Below are positions 9,236 to 19,305 of a DNA stretch of 44,810 bases, one piece after another; positions within the stretch are counted from its first letter, which is position 1, and each line of letters begins with the position of its first letter. Both the position numbers and the translations under genes were made by a program. Location of the stretch: IMG/VR virus record IMGVR_UViG_3300037705_000170, positions 1 to 44,810 of that record, one strand, 5' to 3'. The notes under the pieces are model-generated. The model had not been told where the DNA came from. It was given only the letters and a program-made list of their open reading frames with translations, and did no database searches. The stretch comes from a virus. Its lineage: Duplodnaviria; Caudoviricetes.

Positions 9236-10555
9236 GTGGCCGTAACGCCGCTTGGCTCGCTGATCGCGGAATATACGGACACGCCCGCGCACACGATCCA
9301 GAGCGGATCGAACCGTATCTTCATCTTCGGCGGGGCGTCGGAGTCGGACACCCCCGGCATCACGCTGACCGCCGTTTCGATGGGCGGGCGGTCGCTGACG
9401 GAAATCACCGGGGCGAGCATCATCGCGGATAACGGTGTGGTCGTGTTTTACGGCTCGCTGTGGTACGCGCTGGAAGCCGATATCGCGCTGATGAGCGACG
9501 GCAACATCACGCCGACTTGGTCGGGGTCGCTGGGGCACGTCCCCGCCTTTCACCACCGGTTTTATAGTGGTGTCAACCAAACCTCACCATTCGTCGACAG
9601 CGACGAGGGCTCGTCCCTGGCGGCGGCGGCGGTCAGTATCGCCACATCGCTGACGACTGTGGCGGATGGGTATCTCTTCGCCTTCGCTGGGAATACCAGA
9701 GCCCACACCTGGACATGGACCAGCCCGCTCGTTGAGCTGGCGGATTCCACCCACCCCGGTCCGGCCACCGAGTCCTCGACCAGCGCTGGCGTGGCGACGG
9801 ACGGCACGAGCATCTCGGTGACGGCGACCGCTTCGGACATTCCAGCCGCCGCTATAGCGGTCGCCGTGGCGCTCAGGCCGGTCACGGCCCTGTCGCTGTC
9901 CGCGACCGGGCGCGGCTCGCCTCTTGTCGTGCTCTCCGTTTCGATGACCAGGGCGGCGACCGGCAGGGCCACGCCATCGGCGGTAAGGCAAGTATCCCTG
10001 ACCGAAGCCGCCACGGGCAAGGCGACGCCGCTGGTGACGCTGCTCGTGTCCAAGCTGCTGGCGGCGGGCGGTGTCGGCGTCGCCGCCATGACGAAACTCG
10101 GCGTCCGCATCCTGACGTTCGCCGCCACGGGCGCGGCCACGGCGGCCATGACGAAACAGGTCAATCTGGTTCTCGCGGCGATCGGGAAGGGGTCCGCGCT
10201 TGTGGTCAGGTCGGTTCTGCTGACCCTCGCCGCCATTGGAGTCGGTTCTCCGACGGTCGCGCGGTTGGCCAGTCTCACGCTCGTCGCCACGGGGGCTGCT
10301 GTCGCCGCCATCGCCATCGCCGAGGTTTCCGTCATCGCCGCCGCCGCCGTCGGTGTTGGCGTCGCGGCCATGACGATGGTCGTTCACAAAGTCCTGGCGT
10401 CCATCGGCGTCGGAACGGCGGCCCTCAGTACGGCGGAGACCGTCGCCGAAGTCGTCATCGGACGGTTCACCGGGCAGGCCGGGCTCGGGCTCTATCTGAA
10501 GGCCAAGCGCCGATGGGGCAACCGCCCGCGTAATTGGAAGCCACGTGGAGGGTAG
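9236..10555 (+). CDS. Fibre-like virion protein: beta-rich head plus about ten ~18-aa Ala/Val/Thr repeats
   Basis: Periodic AATG/AAIG/AAVG motif in the C-terminal half; basic C-terminus. Confidence 0.65.
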   Translation: MAVTPLGSLIAEYTDTPAHTIQSGSNRIFIFGGASESDTPGITLTAVSMGGRSLTEITGASIIADNGVVVFYGSLWYALEADIALMSDGNITPTWSGSLGHVPAFHHRFYSGVNQTSPFVDSDEGSSLAAAAVSIATSLTTVADGYLFAFAGNTRAHTWTWTSPLVELADSTHPGPATESSTSAGVATDGTSISVTATASDIPAAAIAVAVALRPVTALSLSATGRGSPLVVLSVSMTRAATGRATPSAVRQVSLTEAATGKATPLVTLLVSKLLAAGGVGVAAMTKLGVRILTFAATGAATAAMTKQVNLVLAAIGKGSALVVRSVLLTLAAIGVGSPTVARLASLTLVATGAAVAAIAIAEVSVIAAAAVGVGVAAMTMVVHKVLASIGVGTAALSTAETVAEVVIGRFTGQAGLGLYLKAKRRWGNRPRNWKPRGG

Positions 10556-10569
10556 GGCTACCATAGGCC

Positions 10570-11307
10570 ATGGCCATCCTGTTCCTTCAGGCGATCAACG
10601 CCACACTCAAGCGCGTCGGGGAAATCGCCGGGGATTCCCAGGAACTGGCGACCTCGACCGTGACCTCGACGGCGACGGGGCTGACTGCGACGGAAGCCTT
10701 CACGGATTCCCGTCGCCAGCACAAGATCGACGTGGCGATCCAGCTTTGGAACGAGGCGACTCACGAAGTTTATTCCATGGGCCTGATGGCCCGGGAGGGG
10801 GCGAGCGCCACCCTGACGCTGGTGGATGCCCAGAGGGAATACGATCTGCCCAGCGACTTCGAGCGCATGGCGGGCGACAGTTACGAAACCCGCGCCCTGA
10901 GAGGGGCCACCACCGGGCTGATCGTGCGGGCCTATCCCGGAGGCTACGCCCAAATGCTGGTCGACCAGCCGACCGCCTCGGATTACACGGGCGACCCGAC
11001 GTTTTACGCCCTGTCGCCGACCCTGTCGAAAATCCGGCTGAACGCGGAACCGACCTCGGGCCAGGCCGGGCATACCTATAACTTCCTCTATGAAAAGCGC
11101 CTGTCGCTGACCTCGACCATGGCGACTGAGACCCTGCCCTATTCCGACACGGTGGCCGATTGCCTGGTTCCTGTGGTGGCCGAATCCTACCATCGGGTTT
11201 TCAAGAAGGATTACGACCAGAACTTTCTGCGCTTGTCCTTGACGCGAAGCCTGAAGTTCCTGACGCAAACGCAGCCCAGGGACCGCTACGGCAAGCGGCG
11301 GCCCTGA
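10570..11307 (+). CDS. Head-tail adaptor (podovirus tail tubular A-like)
   Basis: FLQAINATLKRVGE N-terminus and TLVDAQREYDLPSDF; position before the nozzle gene. Confidence 0.7.
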   Translation: MAILFLQAINATLKRVGEIAGDSQELATSTVTSTATGLTATEAFTDSRRQHKIDVAIQLWNEATHEVYSMGLMAREGASATLTLVDAQREYDLPSDFERMAGDSYETRALRGATTGLIVRAYPGGYAQMLVDQPTASDYTGDPTFYALSPTLSKIRLNAEPTSGQAGHTYNFLYEKRLSLTSTMATETLPYSDTVADCLVPVVAESYHRVFKKDYDQNFLRLSLTRSLKFLTQTQPRDRYGKRRP

Positions 11308-12897
11308 ATGCCGGACCAGGAAGTCGGCCCGATCGTTCTGACCTTCGGCGGCGGGCTCAACACCCGCAGGCGGTCCGCCGACATCGACATCAACGAATGC
11401 GTCGAGGGCGTGAATTTCGACCTCGATCAGCAGTTTCTCTCACTTCAGAAACGCAAGGCCTTCGACCTCGTGGCGACCGCCCCCAACGGCGGGGAGATTC
11501 TCGGCTACGCGCAATTGATCAAGCGGGACGGGACGATCTCGACCCTGATCCAGGCGGGCAACACCGTTTACACCTGGGACCACGCCTCGGCCTTCACCAG
11601 CGTCGGGACCGTTTCCGCCTCGGCCAAGCTCAGGGGACCGCGCGAGCACAACTTCACGCTCGACGAATACGTGATCATCACGGATATCGCCCGGCAGGAG
11701 GTCGTAAAAAAATGGGACGGCACGACGTTTTCGAGCCTGGCGCATAATCTCGGGGTTTCGTTCTACGCCAAATATTGCCGGGTTCACCGGGAGCGGGCGT
11801 TTTTCGCCAATGTCAAAGCGGCTTCGACGGAACTGCCCCATATGGTGGTTGGTTCGCAGTTGAGCGACGCCGAGGTCCTGTCCACCGCCGACCGCCCGGC
11901 CTCGACGCTGTCCCTGGCCGATCCGTTCTATCTTCTGACGCCGGATTTGCGCCCGATCAACGGGCTGGAAGATGCCTTCGGCACCTTCATCGTGTCGTCC
12001 AAGAGAGGACAGCTCTACCAGATCGTCGGCTCGTCGGCCTTCGATTACGAGATCAAGGATTTCTATCCAGGTTCGAGCGTGTCGGGCGACGAGGCCATGG
12101 TCAATATCGGCAACGACATCGCCTTGGGCCTGCCGGCGCGCATCGAGTCTCTGTCGGGGACGATCAACTACGGCGACGTGCAATCGGACGATCTGACCTT
12201 GCCGATTTCGCCCTCCGTGTCCGGCGTCACATCCTGGACCCTGGCCTATGACCGCAAGCAGCGACGACTGTATTGCTTCCCCGACAACCAATCGGCCTGC
12301 TGGGTCCTGTTCAAGCCGCTGCTGGATTCGCAGAAGCAATGGAGCCCCTGGGCCAAGTGGACCACCGGGCACAGCAGCGACTTCTCGCCCTCGACCGTGA
12401 TGTCCATGATCGACAAGACCACCAACGAGGACACGGTGTATTTCGGCGATTCGCTGGGGCGCATTTTCCAATTCGAGGGCTCCTCGGCCAGGGACGGGGG
12501 GACCGATACGGTCACGGTTTCCCGCACGACGGGGCTGATCCGTGGCTTCCCGGAGGGCGATGTCTTCGACGTCGACGGCTGGGTGCTCTATCGCAAGAAC
12601 GTCGCGGCGACCGTGACGCTGACCTTTCAATTCGCCGGTGAGGGCGCGTTCGACAAATCCCTGGTCATCACCCTCCCGGCCTCCGACAATCTGGCGGTTT
12701 ACAATGGAACAGGAAGCGGCTCGGCCTACTACGGTGGTACGTCTTACTACGGCTCGACGTTCAGCGACCGGCTCGCCCGGCAAAGATTCGGACCCCCCGG
12801 GCTCAACGCGAATCTCCAAGTCAAAGTCGATGTCGAGAGCGAGGGGGACATCGACGTCCAGGAAGTCGGATTTACCTTCCGCACCGCGAAAGCCTGA
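11308..12897 (+). CDS. Tail nozzle / DNA stabilisation protein (P22 gp10 / T7 gp12-like)
   Basis: 529 aa, beta-rich, N-terminal FGGGLN motif; follows the adaptor. Confidence 0.7.
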   Translation: MPDQEVGPIVLTFGGGLNTRRRSADIDINECVEGVNFDLDQQFLSLQKRKAFDLVATAPNGGEILGYAQLIKRDGTISTLIQAGNTVYTWDHASAFTSVGTVSASAKLRGPREHNFTLDEYVIITDIARQEVVKKWDGTTFSSLAHNLGVSFYAKYCRVHRERAFFANVKAASTELPHMVVGSQLSDAEVLSTADRPASTLSLADPFYLLTPDLRPINGLEDAFGTFIVSSKRGQLYQIVGSSAFDYEIKDFYPGSSVSGDEAMVNIGNDIALGLPARIESLSGTINYGDVQSDDLTLPISPSVSGVTSWTLAYDRKQRRLYCFPDNQSACWVLFKPLLDSQKQWSPWAKWTTGHSSDFSPSTVMSMIDKTTNEDTVYFGDSLGRIFQFEGSSARDGGTDTVTVSRTTGLIRGFPEGDVFDVDGWVLYRKNVAATVTLTFQFAGEGAFDKSLVITLPASDNLAVYNGTGSGSAYYGGTSYYGSTFSDRLARQRFGPPGLNANLQVKVDVESEGDIDVQEVGFTFRTAKA

Positions 12898-13411
12898 CAG
12901 CCTGAGACGCTCAAGAGCCCTCAAGCGCGGCTGCGTCTTCAGACCTGTTCAAGACGGCGACATGAAATGGCTATGGGCCGCCTATCGAAGGGGCGTGTTC
13001 GACCGTCTGCCGGAATTTCCCCAGGGCATGGATACCTTCCAGTTTCAGACCGCCTTTCTGAACGCGGTGAGTGAAAAGCTGTTTTCCGCTGGGGGTGAAA
13101 TTTGGCTGTTCATCGCGCCGACTGTGAGGGGTGAGATCCCCATCGGCATGGTCAACGCGACGCCGAGCGCCGGGCACCTTCAGCCTCATGTCGTCTGGTT
13201 CCCCGAGGCCTCCGGAAGAAACAAGATGGAATGCACGCTCAAATGGCTGGTCGAGATGAAGAAGACGTGGAAGATCGACATCTGGGCCAACCCCGACGAT
13301 TACCAGTTTTTCTGGCATCTATGTAAATATGGCGTTCTGCGGACCGTCGGGAAGTATCGCAAGTTCTTTCCCAACGGTCACGATGCCTACCTGTTCCAGA
13401 GTGTCACATGA
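12830..13411 (+). CDS. GNAT-like head assembly protein (start uncertain; alternative 12962)
   Basis: Position between nozzle and ejection genes; PHVVWFP and KYGVLRTVGK resemble podophage acetyltransferase-fold genes. Confidence 0.5.
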   Translation: MSRARGTSTSRKSDLPSAPRKPDSLRRSRALKRGCVFRPVQDGDMKWLWAAYRRGVFDRLPEFPQGMDTFQFQTAFLNAVSEKLFSAGGEIWLFIAPTVRGEIPIGMVNATPSAGHLQPHVVWFPEASGRNKMECTLKWLVEMKKTWKIDIWANPDDYQFFWHLCKYGVLRTVGKYRKFFPNGHDAYLFQSVT

Positions 13412-14169
13412 TGGCGATGGCTTCGCCGAGCGTATTCCAGACCCACCGTTTCAACCCGGCCGAATCCGGCATCTTCGGGACCCGGACTTCGCCGCCCATC
13501 GGTCAGGCCTTGTCCATGGCCGCGCCTTCCGCCATTCTCGATTCACCGGACTCTGGCGGGCGGGAATCGGGAGGCGGGAAGAACACGACGGGGAGCCTGT
13601 CGGAATCGGTAGCGGAGGCGGCCAGTCCGTCAAGGAGCCCCGGGCGCACGAGTTTCGCGACGGTGGGGAAAGGCATCGGCACGCTCGCCGGGTTTGCCAC
13701 CAAGACCACCGGGCTCGGTCAGATCGGCAGCATGGTCGGGACGGCGGTCGATACCCAGATGGCGTCCAACACCCTGAACGAGATGGGCCTCGCTGGTCTT
13801 GGGGTCGGGGGCTGGGCGGAGGCGGTCGCCAACAACATGACATTTGGATTGGCCGGGCGCGATGTGAACCAGCAGATGGTCGATGCGGTCACGGCGGCCT
13901 GGGCGGGCGGCATGACGAGTTTCGGCGCTCCGCCGGGGTCGGTGACTGCAAGCTTCGAAACGCCGGGCGATTACCCTGGCTTGGACGGGCTCGACGAGGC
14001 GACCGACGATTTCGGCGGCTGGGGCGGTTACGAGAGCGAGGCGAATCAGGGGCCTGGCGCCGACTATGAAAGCGATCCTGAGGACGCGGCTGAGGACGCG
14101 TCAGAAGACGCCGGGGAAAGCGAGGATGAGGGCGAAGGCGAGGACGAGGACGAGGGCGATGATTGGTGA
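13408..14169 (+). CDS. Gly/Ala-rich protein with highly acidic C-terminus (candidate ejection/internal protein)
   Basis: Glycine-zipper-like middle; ends in an Asp/Glu tract. Confidence 0.6.
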   Translation: MMAMASPSVFQTHRFNPAESGIFGTRTSPPIGQALSMAAPSAILDSPDSGGRESGGGKNTTGSLSESVAEAASPSRSPGRTSFATVGKGIGTLAGFATKTTGLGQIGSMVGTAVDTQMASNTLNEMGLAGLGVGGWAEAVANNMTFGLAGRDVNQQMVDAVTAAWAGGMTSFGAPPGSVTASFETPGDYPGLDGLDEATDDFGGWGGYESEANQGPGADYESDPEDAAEDASEDAGESEDEGEGEDEDEGDDW

Positions 14170-14382
14170 GTTAGTGCGCCAAGAGCACGACCAGGTCGAG
14201 CAGCCATGCGGGGGTGTCGTTGGCGGCCGCCGGGATGCAGAGGCTTTTGTCCTCTTTGGTGCATTCGACGGAGGCCCGCTCGGGTGTCGCGCAGGCCGTC
14301 AGGAGCAGCATGAGAACGATCGCGATTTTCATAGCCGGGGATTTTACATCCCTGCCGGCGTATGCGCAAGGGGGGGTGCCTG

Positions 14383-15300
14383 ATGTCCTGGGAAGACGTA
14401 GGTAGCGCCTTCGGCACGGTCGCCAAATACGCCCCAGCAGCTATCGGAATAGCCGGTGGCGCTGCTGCTCTCATGTCGAACAACAGCGGCACCCCCCAGG
14501 TTAACCCGGGGGCTGTGGCCTCCCAGGGGCTTGGGTTTAAGACCCCGTTAACCACGCCGGGCTATGACTACGCCAACGGCATTCTGTCGGCCTCTCCCAG
14601 GGGGGGCCAGTATGAAAGCGCCCTCGGCGGCTATCTGATCGGCGGCGGGCTGGATGCCCAGCGGCAGAACCTACTCAACACCGGCATGGCGGGGATCGGG
14701 CAAGCCAGGGCGGGATTCGGAGCGGCTTTAACCGATATTCAGGGTTTGCGCGCCCAGGTCAAACCGGGTTTCGGAGCTTTGACCGACGCCCGGGTGACGG
14801 CGATCCGCGACGCCGCCGCCGAAAGCATCGGCAATCTGCGCGAGTCCATGGCGAGGCGCGGCGTCATGGGGTCGAGTTTCGCCGACGACGCGGAAACCAG
14901 GGTGAGAGCGGCCTACGCCCGCGAGGAGCAGACGGCGAGATCGGAGGCCAAGATCGCCGAACTCAACGCCACCTCCCAGCTGATCGGCCAGCAGGTCGGC
15001 ATCCAGGCGCAGATCATGGGCCTGAGCCAGGCGGAAACCAGCCTGTACCAGCAGGACATCTCCAACGCCGTCACCCAGGCCACCCAGATCGCCCAGGAAC
15101 TGACCCGCCAGTTGAGCGAGTTCAACGTCGCCGGCAACTTGGCCAACGGCGTGGCCTCGGCCGTGACCCAGCAGGCCTATGCCCAGGCGCAATTGCAGCT
15201 CCTGTCCTCTCAAGCGGGGGCGGGGAATACGGCCGGCGGCATCAAGATGATCACCGGCGGGCTGGAAAGCCTCAACAGCATCCTCAACCCAAAGAGCTGA
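14383..15300 (+). CDS. DNA ejection/transfer protein
   Basis: N-terminal hydrophobic AAIGIAGGAAALMS, ARRGVMGSS motif, Gln/Ala-rich helices. Confidence 0.7.
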   Translation: MSWEDVGSAFGTVAKYAPAAIGIAGGAAALMSNNSGTPQVNPGAVASQGLGFKTPLTTPGYDYANGILSASPRGGQYESALGGYLIGGGLDAQRQNLLNTGMAGIGQARAGFGAALTDIQGLRAQVKPGFGALTDARVTAIRDAAAESIGNLRESMARRGVMGSSFADDAETRVRAAYAREEQTARSEAKIAELNATSQLIGQQVGIQAQIMGLSQAETSLYQQDISNAVTQATQIAQELTRQLSEFNVAGNLANGVASAVTQQAYAQAQLQLLSSQAGAGNTAGGIKMITGGLESLNSILNPKS

Positions 15301-15303
15301 TCC

Positions 15304-16467
15304 ATGGGATTGAACTTCGGCCCCGGCTTCGCCTCCACCTTCCTGGCGCTCGACACCCAGGAAAAGGAAATGCGCCTCAAGAACCAGAAACTCGACCTGG
15401 ACAGCCAGGAGATCGCCATGCGCAAGGCGGATTCCCAGGCGAGGGTCGAGCAGTGGAAGGGCGAACAAATCCGCAAGAACGCCGAGATGGTTCTCAAAGG
15501 CATGGAGCCGATGGCGGAGACGGCGGTGGCTTTGGCGGATCGCGGCGTCAAGCTCGGCCCCGAGCATCCGTTGGCCATCGCGGCGATGGAATCGGCCAAG
15601 ACGGCGGCGTCGTATTTCAAACTCCTCCCCGGGATGAAGGAGGAGACCGCCAACCAGCTCGCCATGAGCGCCTATAACCTGGTGCTGAGCCAGCAATATA
15701 GACCCGCGCAGGGCAACGATCTCAGCCGCAAGATCGAGACCCTGGAAGCGAATCTCGGCCGCAAGTTGACGCCGCAGGAATTGACCCAGATGGGCGGCGC
15801 GGCGGGGACGGCGACCCAGGCCCAATCGCCCGCCGGAAAGGTCGTGCAGGACCGCCAGATGTTCACCGCGCAATACGGCGAGAATTCCCCGCAGGTCAAG
15901 GCGTTCGACGAGGCGACGTCGAGTGAGGTCAAACTCGACGACGTCGCCGGGGCGCGGAAGGAATTCACCACGCAGTCGAAGGATTTCGTCGTCATCCGCG
16001 ACGCCTTCGGAAAGGTCGCCGCCGCCGCTGCAGACCCGTCGGCCGCTGGGGACCTGTCCTTGATCTTCGGGTTCATGAAGATGCTCGACCCCGGCTCCTC
16101 GGTGCGGGAGGGCGAATTCGCCAACGCCCAGAACTCGGCCGGCATCCCCGACCGCGTCGTCAATATGTACAACCGGGCGTTGCGCGGCGAGCGGCTGAAC
16201 GAGGAGCAGCGAAAGGACTTCTCCCGGCAGGCGCAGAACGTCTTCAAGGCGCAATTGAAAAGCCAGTTGCAGAACGAGGAGACATACCGGGGCATCGCCA
16301 AGCGCAACAAAATGCCCGAAGCCGATGTGGTCATCGATTTCGTCGGGCCATACCGTAAGGCCTCCGATATCGGTAAAAGCGATGCCACTCCGGAGGACCT
16401 CGAATTCACCGCCAAGAAACACGGCATCACCGTGGACGAGGTCAAGCGGCTGCTGGGGATTAAATAA
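15304..16467 (+). CDS. DNA ejection/internal virion protein
   Basis: Helical; contains GDLSLIFGFMKMLDPGSSVREGEF, a motif typical of podophage internal proteins. Confidence 0.7.
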   Translation: MGLNFGPGFASTFLALDTQEKEMRLKNQKLDLDSQEIAMRKADSQARVEQWKGEQIRKNAEMVLKGMEPMAETAVALADRGVKLGPEHPLAIAAMESAKTAASYFKLLPGMKEETANQLAMSAYNLVLSQQYRPAQGNDLSRKIETLEANLGRKLTPQELTQMGGAAGTATQAQSPAGKVVQDRQMFTAQYGENSPQVKAFDEATSSEVKLDDVAGARKEFTTQSKDFVVIRDAFGKVAAAAADPSAAGDLSLIFGFMKMLDPGSSVREGEFANAQNSAGIPDRVVNMYNRALRGERLNEEQRKDFSRQAQNVFKAQLKSQLQNEETYRGIAKRNKMPEADVVIDFVGPYRKASDIGKSDATPEDLEFTAKKHGITVDEVKRLLGIK

Positions 16468-18386
16468 TGCCGCAAGACCTGCTGGCATCAGTCAAGGGTA
16501 GCGACCTTCTGGAAGGCGCGATCGACATGAAATCGGGCGCGCCCGCCAGGGTGCGGCTGATGGTCGGCTCCGCCCCGGATAAAGACCGTTTGGCCGAGGT
16601 CAAACGATTCTACCCGGACGCGGAACCGTTCGGCGAGGATAATTTCGTCTTCACCGACCAGAAAACGGGCAAGAAGACCCTCTACAACCCCAAGGGGCTC
16701 GACGCGGGCGACGTCGCCAGCATCGCCAGGGAAGGGGCTCAGGCGGTCGGTTCGGCCATGGGCGCCACGCTCGGGGCCGCCGGTTCGGCGCTTACCGGGC
16801 CGGCCGCGCCCGCCACGGTCATCCCGGCGACGGCGGCGGGGGCCGGAGCTGGCAGCGCCGTGGCCGGGAGCCTGTTCGACATCGCGCGGAGTCTGGCGGG
16901 CGGCGTCGATACCCGAAACGCCCCCGAACGTCTGACAGATACCGCGCTGGATTTCGGCTCGGCCGCCGTCGGCCAGCGGCTTGGCGAAATGGGCGGCGAG
17001 AAGCTGGCGAAAGTCATCGCCGGAAAAAAGAACGTCGCCGTGGCGCGGCTTCAGGACTTCAAGGACGCGGGGATATCCAATCCACCCCCGGGGGCGGTGA
17101 CAGGCTCCCGGATGGTCCAGGGCGCCGAAAAGGCCCTCACCGACATGCCCGCCTCCGCCAATGTCATGCAGGGAGCCCGCGACAAGGTTCTCTCGGAGGT
17201 CAAACAATACGCGGACGACCTCGTCAAGGAAATCGGAGAGGCGAAGACCAAACAAGGGGCGGGAGACGTCATCAAGGCGGGTTCTCAGGGCGCGTTGGAG
17301 CGCATCACCGCCCGGACGGACCAGATTTATGACAAGGCTTTCGAGCTTGTCGGGCCGAACACGAAAGTCCCTCTGGAAAGCGTCAAGCAGATGCAGGCGG
17401 AGCTTATGGCGCTTCAGGCCAAAGCCTCCAAATCGACCAAGGGCATGCTGGGGAAGGCGGCCCAGACCGTCGCCAATCTGGTCGATGACGCCGGTGACGA
17501 GGGTCTCGATTTTTCGGTCCTGCGGACGATCAGAACCCAGTTGCGGCTGAACATCAAACAGACCGGGGCGATGGTGACGGGGGCCGAGAACGCGGCCAAC
17601 AAGAGCCTCTACGCCGCCCTGACCAATGATATGTCGGAGGCCGCGAAAGCGGCGGGGCCGGAAGCGGCCAAGGCGCTCTCCCTGGCCGATCGCTACACAA
17701 GGTTCCAGGCCAACCAAGTCAAACCTTTGCTGGAAAAGGTCGTGAACCTGGACGCCGACGAAAAGGCGTTCGGATTCGCCATGAGCGCGGCGAAGGACGG
17801 CGGGACCAAGCTCGCGGCGCTGCGGCGCAATTTCAAGCCGGAGGAGTGGGATACGGTCGCGGCCACGGTTTTGAACCGGTTGGGCCAGGCCAAGGCGGGC
17901 GCGCAGGAAGCGGCGGGCGATACCTTCTCGGTCAATACCTTCCTGACCAACTGGAACGGCTTGGCGAAAGAGGCCAAGGTCGCTCTCTTCGGGGGGACTC
18001 GTTACAGCGAAATCCGGCCCGATCTCGATAAACTGGTCCGCATCGCCGGTGCCCTTAAAGAAACCGAACGCTTGACGGCGCCGGGCACCAGCCGCCAATT
18101 GGCCTATCAGGGGGTTCTGAGCGCCTTGGGCGGCGGGGCGGGGTTGTTGGCGGGCGGGGATATGGCATCGGCGGGGGCCGGCGTCGCCGGCACCGTGGTC
18201 GCGCCCTATGTGGCGGCCAAACTGATCACCAGCAAATCGTTCACAAATTGGCTGGTCGGTCTGGGGAAGACGGGAGCCAACGACATGGCCCCGCAAATCG
18301 CCCGGCTGGTCGCCATCGCCAAAGCGGAGCCCGCCATCAAGGAAGAGATCGCGCAGTTCGTCCAGGCGCTGCGCCCGTCACCGTAA
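16467..18386 (+). CDS. Large DNA ejection protein (P22 gp16-like position)
   Basis: 639 aa, Ala/Gly-rich hydrophobic segments; TAATG coupling to the upstream gene. Confidence 0.7.
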   Translation: MPQDLLASVKGSDLLEGAIDMKSGAPARVRLMVGSAPDKDRLAEVKRFYPDAEPFGEDNFVFTDQKTGKKTLYNPKGLDAGDVASIAREGAQAVGSAMGATLGAAGSALTGPAAPATVIPATAAGAGAGSAVAGSLFDIARSLAGGVDTRNAPERLTDTALDFGSAAVGQRLGEMGGEKLAKVIAGKKNVAVARLQDFKDAGISNPPPGAVTGSRMVQGAEKALTDMPASANVMQGARDKVLSEVKQYADDLVKEIGEAKTKQGAGDVIKAGSQGALERITARTDQIYDKAFELVGPNTKVPLESVKQMQAELMALQAKASKSTKGMLGKAAQTVANLVDDAGDEGLDFSVLRTIRTQLRLNIKQTGAMVTGAENAANKSLYAALTNDMSEAAKAAGPEAAKALSLADRYTRFQANQVKPLLEKVVNLDADEKAFGFAMSAAKDGGTKLAALRRNFKPEEWDTVAATVLNRLGQAKAGAQEAAGDTFSVNTFLTNWNGLAKEAKVALFGGTRYSEIRPDLDKLVRIAGALKETERLTAPGTSRQLAYQGVLSALGGGAGLLAGGDMASAGAGVAGTVVAPYVAAKLITSKSFTNWLVGLGKTGANDMAPQIARLVAIAKAEPAIKEEIAQFVQALRPSP

Positions 18387-18668
18387 GTTTTCCATCCGCC
18401 ACGGCTGGCCGATGCCGTCGAGCTTCTCGCGCAACTGGCGTTCCCGTTCGAGGCGCAGCAGCTCGCGCTGCGTGTCGAGGATTTCCCGCGTCTCCATGCG
18501 CTCGCGGAGGCCGCGTTCCGGCCCGCGCGCCCGAAGCTCCAACTCGCGCTCCTGAAGTTCGAGCTGACGCAGTTGCATCTGATTCTGAAACAGCGCCTCG
18601 CCGAATCCGAAGGCATAGGCTGGCGCGGCTGTCATGACCGCCACGGTCAACGCGAGCAATCGTTTCAT
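18378..18668 (-). CDS. Exported small coiled-coil protein (antisense moron)
   Basis: Signal peptide MKRLLALTVAVMTAAPAYA; RBS ggggg; opposite strand to the late operon. Confidence 0.7.
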   Translation of the reverse strand: MKRLLALTVAVMTAAPAYAFGFGEALFQNQMQLRQLELQERELELRARGPERGLRERMETREILDTQRELLRLERERQLREKLDGIGQPWRMENLR

Positions 18669-18738
18669 GGGCACCCCCGTTTGGAAGTTTCCGCCCATTA
18701 TCCCCTAGAATGCGAGCCTCCACAAGAGAGGGCGGACC

Positions 18739-19296
18739 GTGGCCGTAAATCCTTATACAACTCAAGCGATTAGCGGCTACAACTCGAGTCCCCCGCCGGA
18801 CGACGGCTCGCTGACCGACGCCAACAAGGTCGCCTGGAGCAAGCACAAGACCAAGATCGGCGACCCGATCAAGACCCTGGCCGAGGCGGTCAACTCCCAA
18901 GCCCTCTCCGCCTTCAACAGACTGGCCCTGGAAACCTGGACGGTCTCGACCACCACCGCGACCATGGCGGAAAGCGACTGGCACACCGGGCTGCTGATGC
19001 TGGCGACGGGCCGGGTGAACTACCCCGACCCGAGCGGGTTGGAGGACGGCTGGCACAACGTGGTGTTCAACGGCTCCACCGGGTCGATCCAGCTGCAGGC
19101 CACGGCGACAAGTTATTTCCGCGCGCTCGACGGCACCCTGTCGTCGGAGGTCGTCATGCCGCCCGGACAAGGGGCCAAGGTCTTCAACACCGCCACCATC
19201 TACCTCGCCGTCGGGCTGAGTTCCACAGCGACAGCCCCGGCCGTCACGGCGGCCAACGACGCCGGGATCATGGTCGCCGCCCAAATGTTTTCCTGA
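18739..19296 (+). CDS. Tail-associated protein (Thr-rich)
   Basis: Fibre-anchor-like N-terminus; C-terminal IMVAAQMFS. Confidence 0.65.
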   Translation: MAVNPYTTQAISGYNSSPPPDDGSLTDANKVAWSKHKTKIGDPIKTLAEAVNSQALSAFNRLALETWTVSTTTATMAESDWHTGLLMLATGRVNYPDPSGLEDGWHNVVFNGSTGSIQLQATATSYFRALDGTLSSEVVMPPGQGAKVFNTATIYLAVGLSSTATAPAVTAANDAGIMVAAQMFS

Positions 19297-19305
19297 GGAG
19301 TCCCT

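Noticed and set aside
14537-14552. CtrA-box-like TTAA-N7-TTAAC
   Set aside because: A single copy inside a coding region and not at a promoter; chance occurrence cannot be excluded.
7946-18296. Long minus-strand ORFs (e.g. 7946-9580, 11440-12924, 14728-16488, 16488-18296)
   Set aside because: Shadow ORFs antisense to well-supported genes in a high-GC genome; no recognisable motifs.
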